A stretch of DNA of 64,000 bases from a virus (taxonomy: Duplodnaviria; Caudoviricetes), in IMG/VR virus record IMGVR_UViG_2907233695_000001, positions 1 through 64,000 of that record; one strand, written 5' to 3'. The notes below the pieces were generated by a model. That model saw nothing but the letters and a program-made list of their open reading frames with translations. It searched no databases and was not told where the DNA came from. Positions 11,643 to 21,354 of the stretch are shown piece by piece. Position numbers and translations under genes: made by a program. How positions within the stretch are numbered: position 1 is the stretch's first letter; each line of letters begins with the position of its first letter.

Positions 11643-12071
11643 CTATGCCGACTTTTTATTTTCCGATGAAGCTGCAATTTTATTTTATTTTATTTTATCG
11701 CAATATTATCCATCGTCCATTAATCATTTCTTTATTTACCGCTACAATATTTTGAAATACGACAGGATTCCATGAATGCTCAGACCTTATTGCCAATCCC
11801 TCATCTCTCGCGGCTTTCCAAGCTGTCCAAAAGTCTACCCATTCAACTTCAATTTCCCAATCTTCGGCAAGCAAATAATTGAAATCGCAGACTACCTCTT
11901 TGCCACTTTCCTTGTGCCTAAATATCGCACCGCTATAAAAAATTCGCTCATCACATTCTTTTGAAAATGCCACTTGACCATCTTCCATAACTTTAACTAA
12001 CTCACACAAGTTCATTTGCACACAACTCCTTTATATATGTATCAATTTTATTTTTATCTACTTTGTTTATT

Positions 12072-12806
12072 TTAATCATCTCTTTTCAATCTACTATCAA
12101 CCGAATGTGTATTGTAACTTCCCTCGATAATTTCTAGGCAATTGAGTTTATACCCAAAAACGCATCCTCCATCAATCCCGATTTTTTCTTCGGAGAACCA
12201 AACCTCAGCAGAATTGTGTAGATTAACTGTTGGTGTATGTCCAAACACAACCATTTTATCAACTGATGTTTTATTGTTCAGGAAGATGTCTCTGATCCAG
12301 ATAAAATGTTCAGCCGGTTGCTCTTTCCAGTTTTCGTACATGGGGTGTAATCCAGCGTGGACATAGATGTGGTTATCGTCTTCATAGTGGCATCTCAGGG
12401 ATCGTAAAAATTGAATGTGATTCGTATAATGTTTCAAAATAAATTCCTTCGCTTGCAGATATCGCATATAGTCAAAACCTTGATATCCTTCAAACCAATT
12501 CAGTCCACAGTAACTTTCAATAGTTGAGATTCCACCGTTATGAAGGAATAGATAATCATCAGGTTCGTCGGAGAAGATATCTAGGAACATTTGATCATGA
12601 TTTCCTCTTAATGCAATTGCATCATCTTCATACACTAACTTCATTACTTGACTAACAACTTCTTTACTTTTAAAACCCCTGTCAACATAATCACCGAGCA
12701 GGATAAGATGGTCAGTTTTAGAGTTGTATCCACATTCTTTTAACAGTTTATTGAATTCATCGTGACAACCGTGGATATCACTGATAACGAAAGTTCTTTT
12801 ACTCAT
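12072..12806 (-). CDS. Metallophosphoesterase (lambda-PP/PrpA-like Ser/Thr phosphatase family)
   Basis: SDIHG, LGDYVDRG, RGNHD, VHAG, FGHTP, IDGG motifs. Confidence 0.9.
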   Translation of the reverse strand: MSKRTFVISDIHGCHDEFNKLLKECGYNSKTDHLILLGDYVDRGFKSKEVVSQVMKLVYEDDAIALRGNHDQMFLDIFSDEPDDYLFLHNGGISTIESYCGLNWFEGYQGFDYMRYLQAKEFILKHYTNHIQFLRSLRCHYEDDNHIYVHAGLHPMYENWKEQPAEHFIWIRDIFLNNKTSVDKMVVFGHTPTVNLHNSAEVWFSEEKIGIDGGCVFGYKLNCLEIIEGSYNTHSVDSRLKRDD

Positions 12807-13022
12807 GCATTCCCTCGATTCCTATGATATTAGCAGTTTTCTCATTTTTGAAGAGTAGTTTAACTCTATTTGAGGCAATCATTTCATCGATTACTTCTCC
12901 TGTAAGTGTATGTTTAACGTTATTTATTATGTATTTTTCATTTATGATTGGATTAATTACTCGAATCTCATTTCCATGAAAGCAGCGAGAGATAAAGGCT
13001 AATGCTGATTCGCTTAAGTTAT

Positions 13023-13592
13023 TCATACAATACACGCTAATGCCTTAATAATTTTTTTCTTTTCGCTCTGTATATTACACAATTCACTTTCTTTATCTTT
13101 TATGTATGTTTCAATGGCATTTATTCTTGCTTTACACGCACATCTGATTGATTCTGATCTTGTTTTCAATAATTTTAAATTCAACTGAGATAATTCAACA
13201 TTGAGTTCTGCTTTAATATAATCAACCTTCTTGTTGCAACTTTTTTCGCTTCGTTCTAGTTTTCGGATTTCTGTTTCATACAAACTCTTCAACTTTTTGT
13301 ATAGTGGCGTATTCGGTTCTGTTCTAGCAATGTGAGACCTGTTTTCGATTTCCATTAAAGTAATTACTTTTGATAAATCTTCTGATAGCACAATCATCAC
13401 TCCATGTCGAGAGAACATTAATCCTTCTCCGTTATCGCTGGTCGTTTTACCTATGTATTGCGCTGCACCTAAATGAGCTTTGCAGAAATTTAAAACATCA
13501 TTCCTATCCCTACGATTGAATCTTTCTTTGGCTCTTTTTACGGCATGTTCGGTAACTTGTAACTTCTTCATCTGAGACTTGGTGAGTTTCAT
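13023..13592 (-). CDS. Hypothetical protein (N-terminal TEHAVKR motif, C-terminal coiled coil)
   Basis: 189-aa ORF with GAGGGG RBS and its own promoter TTGAAC-17-TAATAT (13666-13694). Confidence 0.6.
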   Translation of the reverse strand: MKLTKSQMKKLQVTEHAVKRAKERFNRRDRNDVLNFCKAHLGAAQYIGKTTSDNGEGLMFSRHGVMIVLSEDLSKVITLMEIENRSHIARTEPNTPLYKKLKSLYETEIRKLERSEKSCNKKVDYIKAELNVELSQLNLKLLKTRSESIRCACKARINAIETYIKDKESELCNIQSEKKKIIKALACIV

Positions 13593-13711
13593 ACTTTACG
13601 TCATCCCCTCATAAAGAAAATGGTTAACGGAGATTTGACTTGTGTTTGTCTTGTCCGTTAACCATATATTAGCATTTATATATTATTTGTTCAATAGTTA
13701 TTTTCTATTTT

Positions 13712-14419
13712 TTACTTAATTAATTCTTCAATCGAAACAGGGAATCTCTGTTTAGCTAAATAGTATACTGCTTTAGCAAAATCCTGAATTTCTTTTTGAG
13801 CATCGTGCTCTAGACGCTGATTTAAGAAGTGGCATACGGATTGCAAAGATGCTGTCCAGTACCAACGAACATACATGCCATAAGAGGGCAAGAATAGTCG
13901 TGCTTGTTCTGCACAAATACCATCTTCAATAGCAGCCTCATATAATCGTTCTGCTTTGTTAATTAAATCATTAAGACTTTGAGTGTAGTATAGACCAAGT
14001 TTCTCCACAACTGGATCACCACTACCCTGCTTGCTATTCTCTGGTTTGCCTCTCCATTCATTGGGTTGCGGCCTATAGAAAACAGGCTCCTCGGTAATGT
14101 AACGACGACTTGACTCATTCCAAGCCTCCATAGAGTCTCCGGTGGCCTCTTGGTGAGTTGAACCAATTACGTACTTCCACCACTGTCTAGCAACCATCAG
14201 AGGGGCAAAAACTTCAAACTGAAGCATGGCATGACGAAAGGGTGATGTATGACCTTCACGAGCAAGGAATTTGATTAGGCGAATATCTTTATCTGTGAGT
14301 TCGAAGGACTCTTTGGCATAGGATACACGAGCTGCGTTTGCCACTGTAAGATCAGAACCTAATACATCGACAAGTCGCACATAACCATTATCAAGTACTT
14401 TTAGAATTTCTGTTGTCAT
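13712..14419 (-). CDS. thyX: Flavin-dependent thymidylate synthase
   Basis: ANAARVSY, GHTSPFRH, ARQWWKY, NESSRRY, EQARLFLP, AQKEI. Confidence 0.93.
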   Translation of the reverse strand: MTTEILKVLDNGYVRLVDVLGSDLTVANAARVSYAKESFELTDKDIRLIKFLAREGHTSPFRHAMLQFEVFAPLMVARQWWKYVIGSTHQEATGDSMEAWNESSRRYITEEPVFYRPQPNEWRGKPENSKQGSGDPVVEKLGLYYTQSLNDLINKAERLYEAAIEDGICAEQARLFLPSYGMYVRWYWTASLQSVCHFLNQRLEHDAQKEIQDFAKAVYYLAKQRFPVSIEELIK

Positions 14420-14458
14420 CTATTTGGTCTCCCTTGGGGTTGGAATTTGTTTGAAGAA

Positions 14459-14478
14459 GGACGATCCGAAGACCGTCC
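14459..14478 (-). terminator. C(UUCG)G-tetraloop hairpin, probable terminator downstream of the HNH gene
   Basis: Minus strand GGACGGTC-TTCG-GATCGTCC followed by TTCTT. Confidence 0.6.
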
Positions 14479-14485
14479 ACAAATT

Positions 14486-15175
14486 TTATAATAATTTAAC
14501 ATTTTTATATTTTTTGTTTGTATTGATATCTGAAACTCTTTTTCTATCTATTCCGCACATCAACGCTATCTCTTTTTGTAAGTACTTTCCTTCGAGTAGT
14601 AATTCTTTTACTTTCTTTACTGTTTCATCGGCAATTACTCTATCTTTCTTAGGGCGAGGAGTAAACTCTTTCCCAATATGAACCCAAGTTCTTCTTTGAT
14701 TGATGTCTTGAATTGTGGATTCATCAACAGAAAACATTTCCCCTAATTCTTTAAAGGTGATACTAGTATTCTGAAGCAGTTCCTTAATTTTTAGTACATC
14801 ATCATTGTTAAGTATTGACTGTCCAGATGTTTCACCATGAGGTTGAATTCCTGCTAAAACACTATCCTCAGAATTTTCTTTTGGTGTGCCAAATTTTAAA
14901 TGCGAAGGATTAATACATTTTTTATTATTACATAGATGTCTCACCACTAGTTTTTGATTTTCTTCTGTAAAACCGTATTCGTTAAGAGCAATCCATCTAT
15001 GCAACTTATACTTTTTACAATTTCTGCTTATATAGTAGTATCCATCTGTATCAAGATTTCTACCGTAAACATTCCAGCAGCCATTGTCACCTATTATGTA
15101 TTGGATTGGAGAAGATTTAAATTTCCCTTTGTAACCATCATTATATACATGTATTTTATTTTCCTGCATTCTCAA
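14486..15175 (-). CDS. Free-standing HNH homing endonuclease with C-terminal HTH domains
   Basis: LHR...VVRHLCNNKKCINPSHLKFGTPKEN; paralogous to 42771..43277. Confidence 0.88.
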   Translation of the reverse strand: MRMQENKIHVYNDGYKGKFKSSPIQYIIGDNGCWNVYGRNLDTDGYYYISRNCKKYKLHRWIALNEYGFTEENQKLVVRHLCNNKKCINPSHLKFGTPKENSEDSVLAGIQPHGETSGQSILNNDDVLKIKELLQNTSITFKELGEMFSVDESTIQDINQRRTWVHIGKEFTPRPKKDRVIADETVKKVKELLLEGKYLQKEIALMCGIDRKRVSDINTNKKYKNVKLL

Positions 15176-15653
15176 TTTGCCTCTTTATTTCCTCTTTAAT
15201 GGCTTCATCGGGAGGGACAAAGTGTGGTGGCTTAATAATTTTGCCATGTTCATCATATCTAGGCTTACCATCTTCCCATAACTTGTTCATATTAGCATCA
15301 TGTACTAAGTCAAATGGAGCATCTGGATCGAGTCCTAGAATTGTATAATTGCCGTTGTTGAAGTATTCGATATCAAGGAATCCATCAAACTGTCCTGTAA
15401 GAACATCAGCAACGCGCTCTTTTTTGGCTTGTTTTGCATAGGACAGCAACATTCGACCAATTAATTGATCATACATTTGAGAAAATTCCGTATCATCTTT
15501 GGATGTAACATGCAGGACTTCAATCATTTCTTCTGCAATAAAACCTAAACGGTTCAATACCATTTCCATGGACATTGGAGTTGGCTTATCGGCCATAGGG
15601 TAATTGAATGCTTTGTGAAACTCTTTTACTTTTTGATATTTAGATTTAGACAA
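15156..15653 (-). CDS. All-alpha NTP pyrophosphohydrolase (MazG-like/PRA-PH fold, possible dUTPase)
   Basis: VKEFHKAF...FIAEEMIE...FDGFLDIEY...VHDANMNK...DGKPRY..GKIIKP; adjacent to thyX and nrd genes. Confidence 0.75.
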   Translation of the reverse strand: MSKSKYQKVKEFHKAFNYPMADKPTPMSMEMVLNRLGFIAEEMIEVLHVTSKDDTEFSQMYDQLIGRMLLSYAKQAKKERVADVLTGQFDGFLDIEYFNNGNYTILGLDPDAPFDLVHDANMNKLWEDGKPRYDEHGKIIKPPHFVPPDEAIKEEIKRQIENAGK

Positions 15654-15672
15654 GGAAACTCTCCTCTGTAAA

Positions 15673-15918
15673 TTATTGTTGAAAAAATTCAGCGAATTCG
15701 TTCAATTCTTGAGGCTTAAATCCAACTGAACGTCTGATTTCTACTCCATCGCTGCTTAATAGGATGACAACAGGAACAGACATGATTCCGTAATTACTGG
15801 CTTGTTCTGGATCATCCCATACATTTATTTTTTCATATTTAATATTCTTATTGTCCAAGTACTCACTGACTTGAGTGCATGGAGCACAATTCGGTTGCTG
15901 GAATTTTAGTAGTTTCAT
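15673..15918 (-). CDS. Thioredoxin/glutaredoxin-like NrdH-redoxin
   Basis: CAPC active site, GIMSVP; directly downstream of nrdF. Confidence 0.85.
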   Translation of the reverse strand: MKLLKFQQPNCAPCTQVSEYLDNKNIKYEKINVWDDPEQASNYGIMSVPVVILLSSDGVEIRRSVGFKPQELNEFAEFFQQ

Positions 15919-15933
15919 TTGAGTCTCCTAAGA

Positions 15934-16905
15934 TTAAAAGTTAAATACAAAATCAGCATCAGTCAATTTCTCTACCTTCAAGGTACGAATATAGCCGTTA
16001 CCCTTTTTCGAGAAGAAGTCGTGTTGTTTGGTGCTTGTCTTAATACCATTCATTACAATTGGGTTAATATCTTCTTCTGGGAAATAAGGCTCAAATCCTA
16101 GATTCATAAATGCTTTATTTGCATTATAGCGACTGTACTTCTTGACTTCTTCTTGAAGTCCAATTGCAGAATACAGTTCATCAGTATAAAGATTCTCATT
16201 AGAATTCAATTGAAACAGTAAACGATCCAGTTGATCTTTTGCTTTCTCTTTGTCACGTTTACTTAGCGAACTATATTCCTCTTGAGCTAGTTGACCGATA
16301 TACAGGCCATGGATGCTCTCATCTCGGAGGATCAGGTCAATAATTTCTCCGCTGGCTGTCATCTTACCCTGTCCAGCAAGATACAATGGGAAAAAGAAAC
16401 CAGAATAAAAAAGATACGACTCAAGCAATACACTTGCTGCTAAGGCCATAAACAAATCTTTTTTAGTCTTAATATTTCTATAGTAATGCGAGATGATTTG
16501 AATTTTATTTTGTAGGTACTTATTAGATTCCACCCAAGCAAAAATCTCATCAATCTCTTCAGTTGTAGCCAGTGTTGTGAAAATACTACTATAACTTTTA
16601 GCGTGAATTTGCTCCATCATGCCCATAAATCCAAGTACAGCCTTACGTTGCAACCCTTCTACGTGATCGATAATCTTAGGCATACCAACTCCACCTTGAA
16701 CAGTATCAAGCAAAGTCAGGCCACCAAGAACTCGCTTATAGACTTCTTGTTCAGATTTATTGAGGTCAATCCAAGACATCTTATCATCTGACAATGGGAT
16801 TTCTTCATCAGTCCAAAATTGCATAATATTCTGATCCCAAAATGTTTTTGTAAAATCATCATCAGGTCGATTCCAGTTAACAGCTTTAAACAATGTTCTA
16901 GTCAC
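15934..16905 (-). CDS. nrdF: Class Ib ribonucleotide reductase beta subunit
   Basis: AVNWN, FWTDEEIPLSDD, GLTLLDTVQ, EQIHAKSY, RDESIHG, HDFFS.KGNGY. Confidence 0.96.
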   Translation of the reverse strand: MTRTLFKAVNWNRPDDDFTKTFWDQNIMQFWTDEEIPLSDDKMSWIDLNKSEQEVYKRVLGGLTLLDTVQGGVGMPKIIDHVEGLQRKAVLGFMGMMEQIHAKSYSSIFTTLATTEEIDEIFAWVESNKYLQNKIQIISHYYRNIKTKKDLFMALAASVLLESYLFYSGFFFPLYLAGQGKMTASGEIIDLILRDESIHGLYIGQLAQEEYSSLSKRDKEKAKDQLDRLLFQLNSNENLYTDELYSAIGLQEEVKKYSRYNANKAFMNLGFEPYFPEEDINPIVMNGIKTSTKQHDFFSKKGNGYIRTLKVEKLTDADFVFNF

Positions 16906-16954
16906 TCCTATGAGTAAATGTATTTTATAAAGGGGGATTTCTCCCCCAATTTAA

Positions 16955-19039
16955 TTAGATTGCACAAGAAGTACATTCTTCAGGGCTTAATCTGTTTGTT
17001 CGAGTGTAATATAAGGACTTCAAATTTTTCTTAGCTGCATAAACATAATAACGTGCCAATTCTCTAGTCGATACATCACTATTTACATAGAGAATGGTGC
17101 TTACACCTTGATCGATGTGCTCTTGAATTTCTGAGATGAGGTCGATCATTTTGAACATATCAATATTGTATGCCGATTTGTAGTAGAAGTAATTATCTCT
17201 GGATAGATAAGGCATCGGATAGTATGTTGTAGAATTGGCATATGTTCTTACTTCAATATGCTCAACAATCGGCATTACGCTAGAAGTTGCATTTTGAACA
17301 TAACTAATTGATTGAGTCGGTGCAATTGCAAGGCGATATGCGTGATACAGACCATGCTGTGCAACATCTGCTTTCAACTTCGCCCAATCTTTCCTAGTTG
17401 GGAAAGGCATACCTGCGAATAATTTCTTAACCTTCTCCGTTTGTGGAGAATAATCATTCTTAAGATATTTGTCAAAGTATACGCCACTCGCATAATCGGA
17501 TTTATCAAAGTCTTTAAATGATCCTTTTTCTTTGGCAATCATCATCGATTTCTCAATGGAATAGAAGTTCATTGCGCTGAAGAATGCTCTCACGAAATCA
17601 ATTGCTTCTTTGCTTTCATATGCAATCTTATTCTTGGCTAAATATCCATGGAGATTCATTGCTCCAAGGCCAACACTGTGTAATTCCCTGTTCGCCTTCG
17701 CAGTAGTTGGCGAGTTTGCAATATCCGTATCATCTGATACTACTGTTAGCACATCCATTGCAGTATGTACAGATTCGCGCAAATTTTTACGTTCCATAAC
17801 TGGAGCAATATTTAACGAGGCAAGATTGCAGTTAATGTCTCGATTGATGATATCAGGCTGCCCATAGTCCGTAATTGTAGAGACTTCTTGCAACATAAAA
17901 ATTTCGGTACAGAGATTAGACATCTTCACAGTTCCAATTTTACCAAGAGCATGTTGTTTGTTTGCGTTTGTTTTGTTCATCAGATATGGATAGCCTGATT
18001 CAAGCTGAGTTGTAGCAATTTTGATTAGCATCTCTCTTGCGTCCATAACTTGCTTTTTTTGCACTTTTGGGTTTGCAACCAATTCATCGTACATTGTATC
18101 AATGTCCAAATCATCCAAGTGAATGCCATATTCTTTATAGACAGAATATGGAGCAAAGATAAAGTATGGCTTATTTTGTTCTGCCAGATCATAAAATTTT
18201 TGTGGAACAATGAGTCCGAGAGAAAGTGTTTTGAGTCGAATTTTCTCATCAGCATTAATCTTCTTGCTATCCAAAAACTCGATTACATCCCACCCGAAAA
18301 TGTTGTAATAGCCTGCCCCTGAACCTTTTCTCTGCCCCATCTGATCCGCGTAGGAGAATGCATCTTCCATGAGTTTCAGTACAGGCATAATTCCTTTTGC
18401 TGCGCCCTCAACCCCTTTAATTGGTTCGCCTCTACCTCTGAGTTTAGAGACGTTCACGGCTACGCCGCCACCCGATTTCGAAAGCTGCATACATACACCT
18501 AGAACAAAGTTAATGGAATTGAGGCTATCATCCATGTCTAGAAGGAAACAACTTACCATTTCTCCTCGTCTACTGCGTCCTGCATTCAGATATGTAGGGG
18601 TAGCTGGTTGCACTCGTTGCTCCATGAAAGCTCGAACTAAAATCTCTGCCGCTTCCACATTTCCCTTACCAAAATATAAAGCCACCAGAGCATTGTGCTC
18701 ACTATACGTTTCAAGATATTTTCTATCTAATTTGTCATTTGTCTTGAGGGCATAGTCGGAATAGAATTTAGACGCTGCCATATAAGACTCGAACTTAAAA
18801 TTGTATGATTCGGCAATTTTATAAATTTTCTCAATTTGCTCATATGTATAGAAATCATAGAAATTGATGTAATAATCGTTATTGATAAGGTAATCAATTT
18901 TTTCTTTTAAATTACTGAAGTATACGGTGTTTTTCTGGACTACCTTAATAAATTCTTTTACGGCCTCCTTATCTTTTTCTAGATCAAAGAAACCATCTTT
19001 CTTAATGAGAATTTCATTGTTTAACTCAATGTGCCTCAA
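16955..19039 (-). CDS. nrdE: Class Ib ribonucleotide reductase alpha subunit
   Basis: QPATPT, VSCFLL, MSNLCTEI, IAPTQSISY, KSLYYTR, C-terminal CTSC. Confidence 0.96.
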   Translation of the reverse strand: MRHIELNNEILIKKDGFFDLEKDKEAVKEFIKVVQKNTVYFSNLKEKIDYLINNDYYINFYDFYTYEQIEKIYKIAESYNFKFESYMAASKFYSDYALKTNDKLDRKYLETYSEHNALVALYFGKGNVEAAEILVRAFMEQRVQPATPTYLNAGRSRRGEMVSCFLLDMDDSLNSINFVLGVCMQLSKSGGGVAVNVSKLRGRGEPIKGVEGAAKGIMPVLKLMEDAFSYADQMGQRKGSGAGYYNIFGWDVIEFLDSKKINADEKIRLKTLSLGLIVPQKFYDLAEQNKPYFIFAPYSVYKEYGIHLDDLDIDTMYDELVANPKVQKKQVMDAREMLIKIATTQLESGYPYLMNKTNANKQHALGKIGTVKMSNLCTEIFMLQEVSTITDYGQPDIINRDINCNLASLNIAPVMERKNLRESVHTAMDVLTVVSDDTDIANSPTTAKANRELHSVGLGAMNLHGYLAKNKIAYESKEAIDFVRAFFSAMNFYSIEKSMMIAKEKGSFKDFDKSDYASGVYFDKYLKNDYSPQTEKVKKLFAGMPFPTRKDWAKLKADVAQHGLYHAYRLAIAPTQSISYVQNATSSVMPIVEHIEVRTYANSTTYYPMPYLSRDNYFYYKSAYNIDMFKMIDLISEIQEHIDQGVSTILYVNSDVSTRELARYYVYAAKKNLKSLYYTRTNRLSPEECTSCAI

Positions 19040-19388
19040 ATTGTCGCAACCTTTCCATTAATGAATTTACATCGCTACTCAAGCCTGATAATTCAAACCT
19101 GAGTAGAATAGGTACATTGTATTTTTGTGATATAATGTCTGCTGCTCTTGCATAGGAATCACCCCAGTTACGGTTTCCACTACAAGCTACACCAAGCATA
19201 TGTTGATGGTTATGTTCTAGAAAATCCAATGTACTCTGTGGGACTTTACCCATACCAGTTGTATATGTAATTAGCACAAATGGCTCATCAACAATTATGT
19301 CATTATGTATTTTTACTTTTTCTATTCCTTCTAGTTTATTAACAAAGCGCTCAACATTTCCTGTCCGACTATCCCAAACTACAATCAG
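19026..19388 (-). CDS. nrdI: NrdI flavodoxin-like protein; extends upstream of the ORF-track start, probable CTG start
   Basis: In-frame upstream sequence reads LIVVWDSRTGNVERFV; also YTTGMGKVP, SGNRNWG, RFELSG; GGGAGAG RBS upstream of CTG at 19388. Confidence 0.88.
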   Translation of the reverse strand: MIVVWDSRTGNVERFVNKLEGIEKVKIHNDIIVDEPFVLITYTTGMGKVPQSTLDFLEHNHQHMLGVACSGNRNWGDSYARAADIISQKYNVPILLRFELSGLSSDVNSLMERLRQFEAH

Positions 19389-19431
19389 TAAGCAGCACTC
19401 TCCCAGATGAATTAACTATTGTATTGCCTTA

Positions 19432-19585
19432 CTACTCATTTCTAGCGATTGAAGCATTCGCCCAAAATACAGCCTGTTCCAATATAAGCAAATTCTTTGG
19501 CCTTATTGCGGATATTCTCATATGTTTGTGGTTGACCATCTTTAGTTGGATGATACTTAAAATTGTTTTCAATTTGTGAGTTCAA
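19432..19585 (-). pseudogene. Internally deleted, frameshifted small helical-hairpin phage protein (Acb2/Tad1-hairpin-like family)
   Basis: AAGGAGGTG RBS then TTG; NSQIENNFKYHPTKDGQPQTYENIRNKAKEFAY in one frame and LEQAVFWANASIARNE* in another, joined near 19483. Confidence 0.6.
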
Positions 19586-20069
19586 TATTGTCACCTCCTT
19601 ATTTTGCTCTACTCTTGCGTTTAGCCTCATTAACCTGAGCCTTATAAACAGCCTTATGCTGCACTCGTTCAGGTTTAGCCCCATTGTATACAGGTTCAAA
19701 TGCCACACCATTTGCTTTTGCTTCTTCTCTACGTTGTTGACGAGGTGCGAGTCCAGCCAATTTGTTTGTGTTTTTCTTCATTTGATTTAATCTCCCTTGT
19801 ATGTATAGTTTTGTTTTATTAGAATAAAGAACGGCTTGATAGGAATTAATTTAAGACCACTTTTGGATATAATGGATTGCATCCTTCAGAATAACAGCGT
19901 CATCGGTTACAAGGAACAGACTGCCATTTTCAACAAAACGTTGGGCGAAATCATCAAACGATTCATTACTTACTTCAGTCTCAATTTCTCTTTCATTTTT
20001 TAAAGTGACTAAAATTGTCATTTTCATTTCTCCTTTTTTATTCTTAATAAAATGTTAATTTGGTTTGGT

Positions 20070-20411
20070 TTAGTATTTTCCATACTTGCTCAATTGTTCT
20101 TGGATGATATTAAGCATTTTATATCCATCAAATTCTTTTGTTTTTACACCGTTAATTGTTACATTAATCACATTACCTGCGTCCTTATTTTCAACCTCTT
20201 CGATGCTCAAAACTTCTAAACTAGCACCAGTCGTGAAAATGTAATCATGCTTAAAAAATTTATCTAACGCATATTCAACTGCTCGTGACTCTGCATCAAG
20301 AGGAAGTCCATCTTCGTCAAAAAGCTCATAGTCACTTAAAGTTACAATAAAGTTAATCTCTCTCGATCCAGCAGCGAATGAATGTTTGAAAGTTACATTA
20401 AATAATTTCAT
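20070..20411 (-). CDS. Hypothetical protein flanked by junction motifs (20048, 20432)
   Basis: 113-aa ORF with AAAAGGAG RBS. Confidence 0.65.
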   Translation of the reverse strand: MKLFNVTFKHSFAAGSREINFIVTLSDYELFDEDGLPLDAESRAVEYALDKFFKHDYIFTTGASLEVLSIEEVENKDAGNVINVTINGVKTKEFDGYKMLNIIQEQLSKYGKY

Positions 20412-20477
20412 TTTACATCTCCTTTTTCTAATGAAACGTGACTTTTATCGGATTTTTAGTTTCAAAAAACTCAGTAT

Positions 20478-20888
20478 TTATAAGGAATTTTCGATTGCCT
20501 CTTTCAGTCTCTCATGGGATTTATAATCGAACTGTTTACCTTTTCTCTTATAAGATGACATTCTGATTAAAACTTCTTCTCGAAATGCTTTCTTTGCGTT
20601 TTCGCTGATCCCAATTTTCTCTTCGATTCTTCTCATTAACTTTTCATCTGGATCATAAAGAGCACCATCAACATCCACTTTCGTCCAATTGCAATAAGCT
20701 TCAATGTGAGTAAGATAGAGGAGAAACAATTCTTGAGCGGTATTATTGAAATAGAATTCTTGCAGGTAATCTTTGGCTACTTCAACAATCGCTAACTCTT
20801 TTTCAACTGCTTCAAGTTGTTCCTTAAGTTGTAATTGCTTATCCTTAAGTTGCAATTCTCTTTCGCTTAACCATTTGATAGTGTCCAT
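20478..20888 (-). CDS. Coiled-coil fused to a PrkA C-terminal fragment
   Basis: IEAYCNWTK...PDEKLMRRIEEKIGISENAKKAFREEVLIRMS..KRKGKQFDYKSHERLKEAIE closely matches the Bacillales PrkA C-terminal region; no AAA+ domain. Confidence 0.85.
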   Translation of the reverse strand: MDTIKWLSERELQLKDKQLQLKEQLEAVEKELAIVEVAKDYLQEFYFNNTAQELFLLYLTHIEAYCNWTKVDVDGALYDPDEKLMRRIEEKIGISENAKKAFREEVLIRMSSYKRKGKQFDYKSHERLKEAIENSL

Positions 20889-20904
20889 TTAACTCCTCCT
20901 TTTA

Positions 20905-21354
20905 TTAAAACACCAACACATAGAACATATATCCAAAGTACGCAGCCCATAGTAGTGAAAGAACAACTTGTAAAAATGTACGCTTTTTCGGCTTCAATAA
21001 CTCTGCTTTATAGATAATCAACTCTTGCTCATTCATCTCGGATGTTTTCTTGCTCTTCTTCATTCTAAGAAAACAAATAATAACAATTGCTACTGCCAAG
21101 ATTGAAGGATACTTATATGGATCAATTTCAATTGCCTTGATGATATATACAATCTGAGCAACAAACAGCGCCATTCCTGCAATTAACGAAAAACATCCGA
21201 ACTTAACGAATTCTTTTGTATAAGCCTCGTCATTACCATCGCCTAAACGCTTAAGTTCCAGTTGTTTCATTTTTTGATTCAGGGATTGAAAAATCCCTTT
21301 ATTGAAAAGAGTGAGTAGACTCGTTGTAATAAATACAAGCGTCCAAAATATCAT
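20905..21354 (-). CDS. Hypothetical membrane protein (about 4 TM)
   Basis: Hydrophobic segments; ATG overlaps the upstream stop. Confidence 0.65.
   Translation of the reverse strand: MIFWTLVFITTSLLTLFNKGIFQSLNQKMKQLELKRLGDGNDEAYTKEFVKFGCFSLIAGMALFVAQIVYIIKAIEIDPYKYPSILAVAIVIICFLRMKKSKKTSEMNEQELIIYKAELLKPKKRTFLQVVLSLLWAAYFGYMFYVLVF

Larger units (their letters stand above)
6300..12021 (-). other. Array of small accessory genes separated by palindromic junction motifs
   Basis: More than 15 short ORFs with their own RBS (e.g. 6923..7138, 7338..7535, 7555..7755, 7770..8135, 9018..9356, 9787..10152, 10369..10605, 11695..12021); motif copies at 6907, 7764, 8807, 9006, 9396, 9774, 10165, 10356, 10624, 10762, 11667. 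Confidence 0.75.

Noticed and set aside
15934-19039. Group I introns or inteins in nrdE/nrdF, as in SPbeta
   Set aside because: Both ORFs are continuous and of normal length (694 and 323 aa) with no intein motifs
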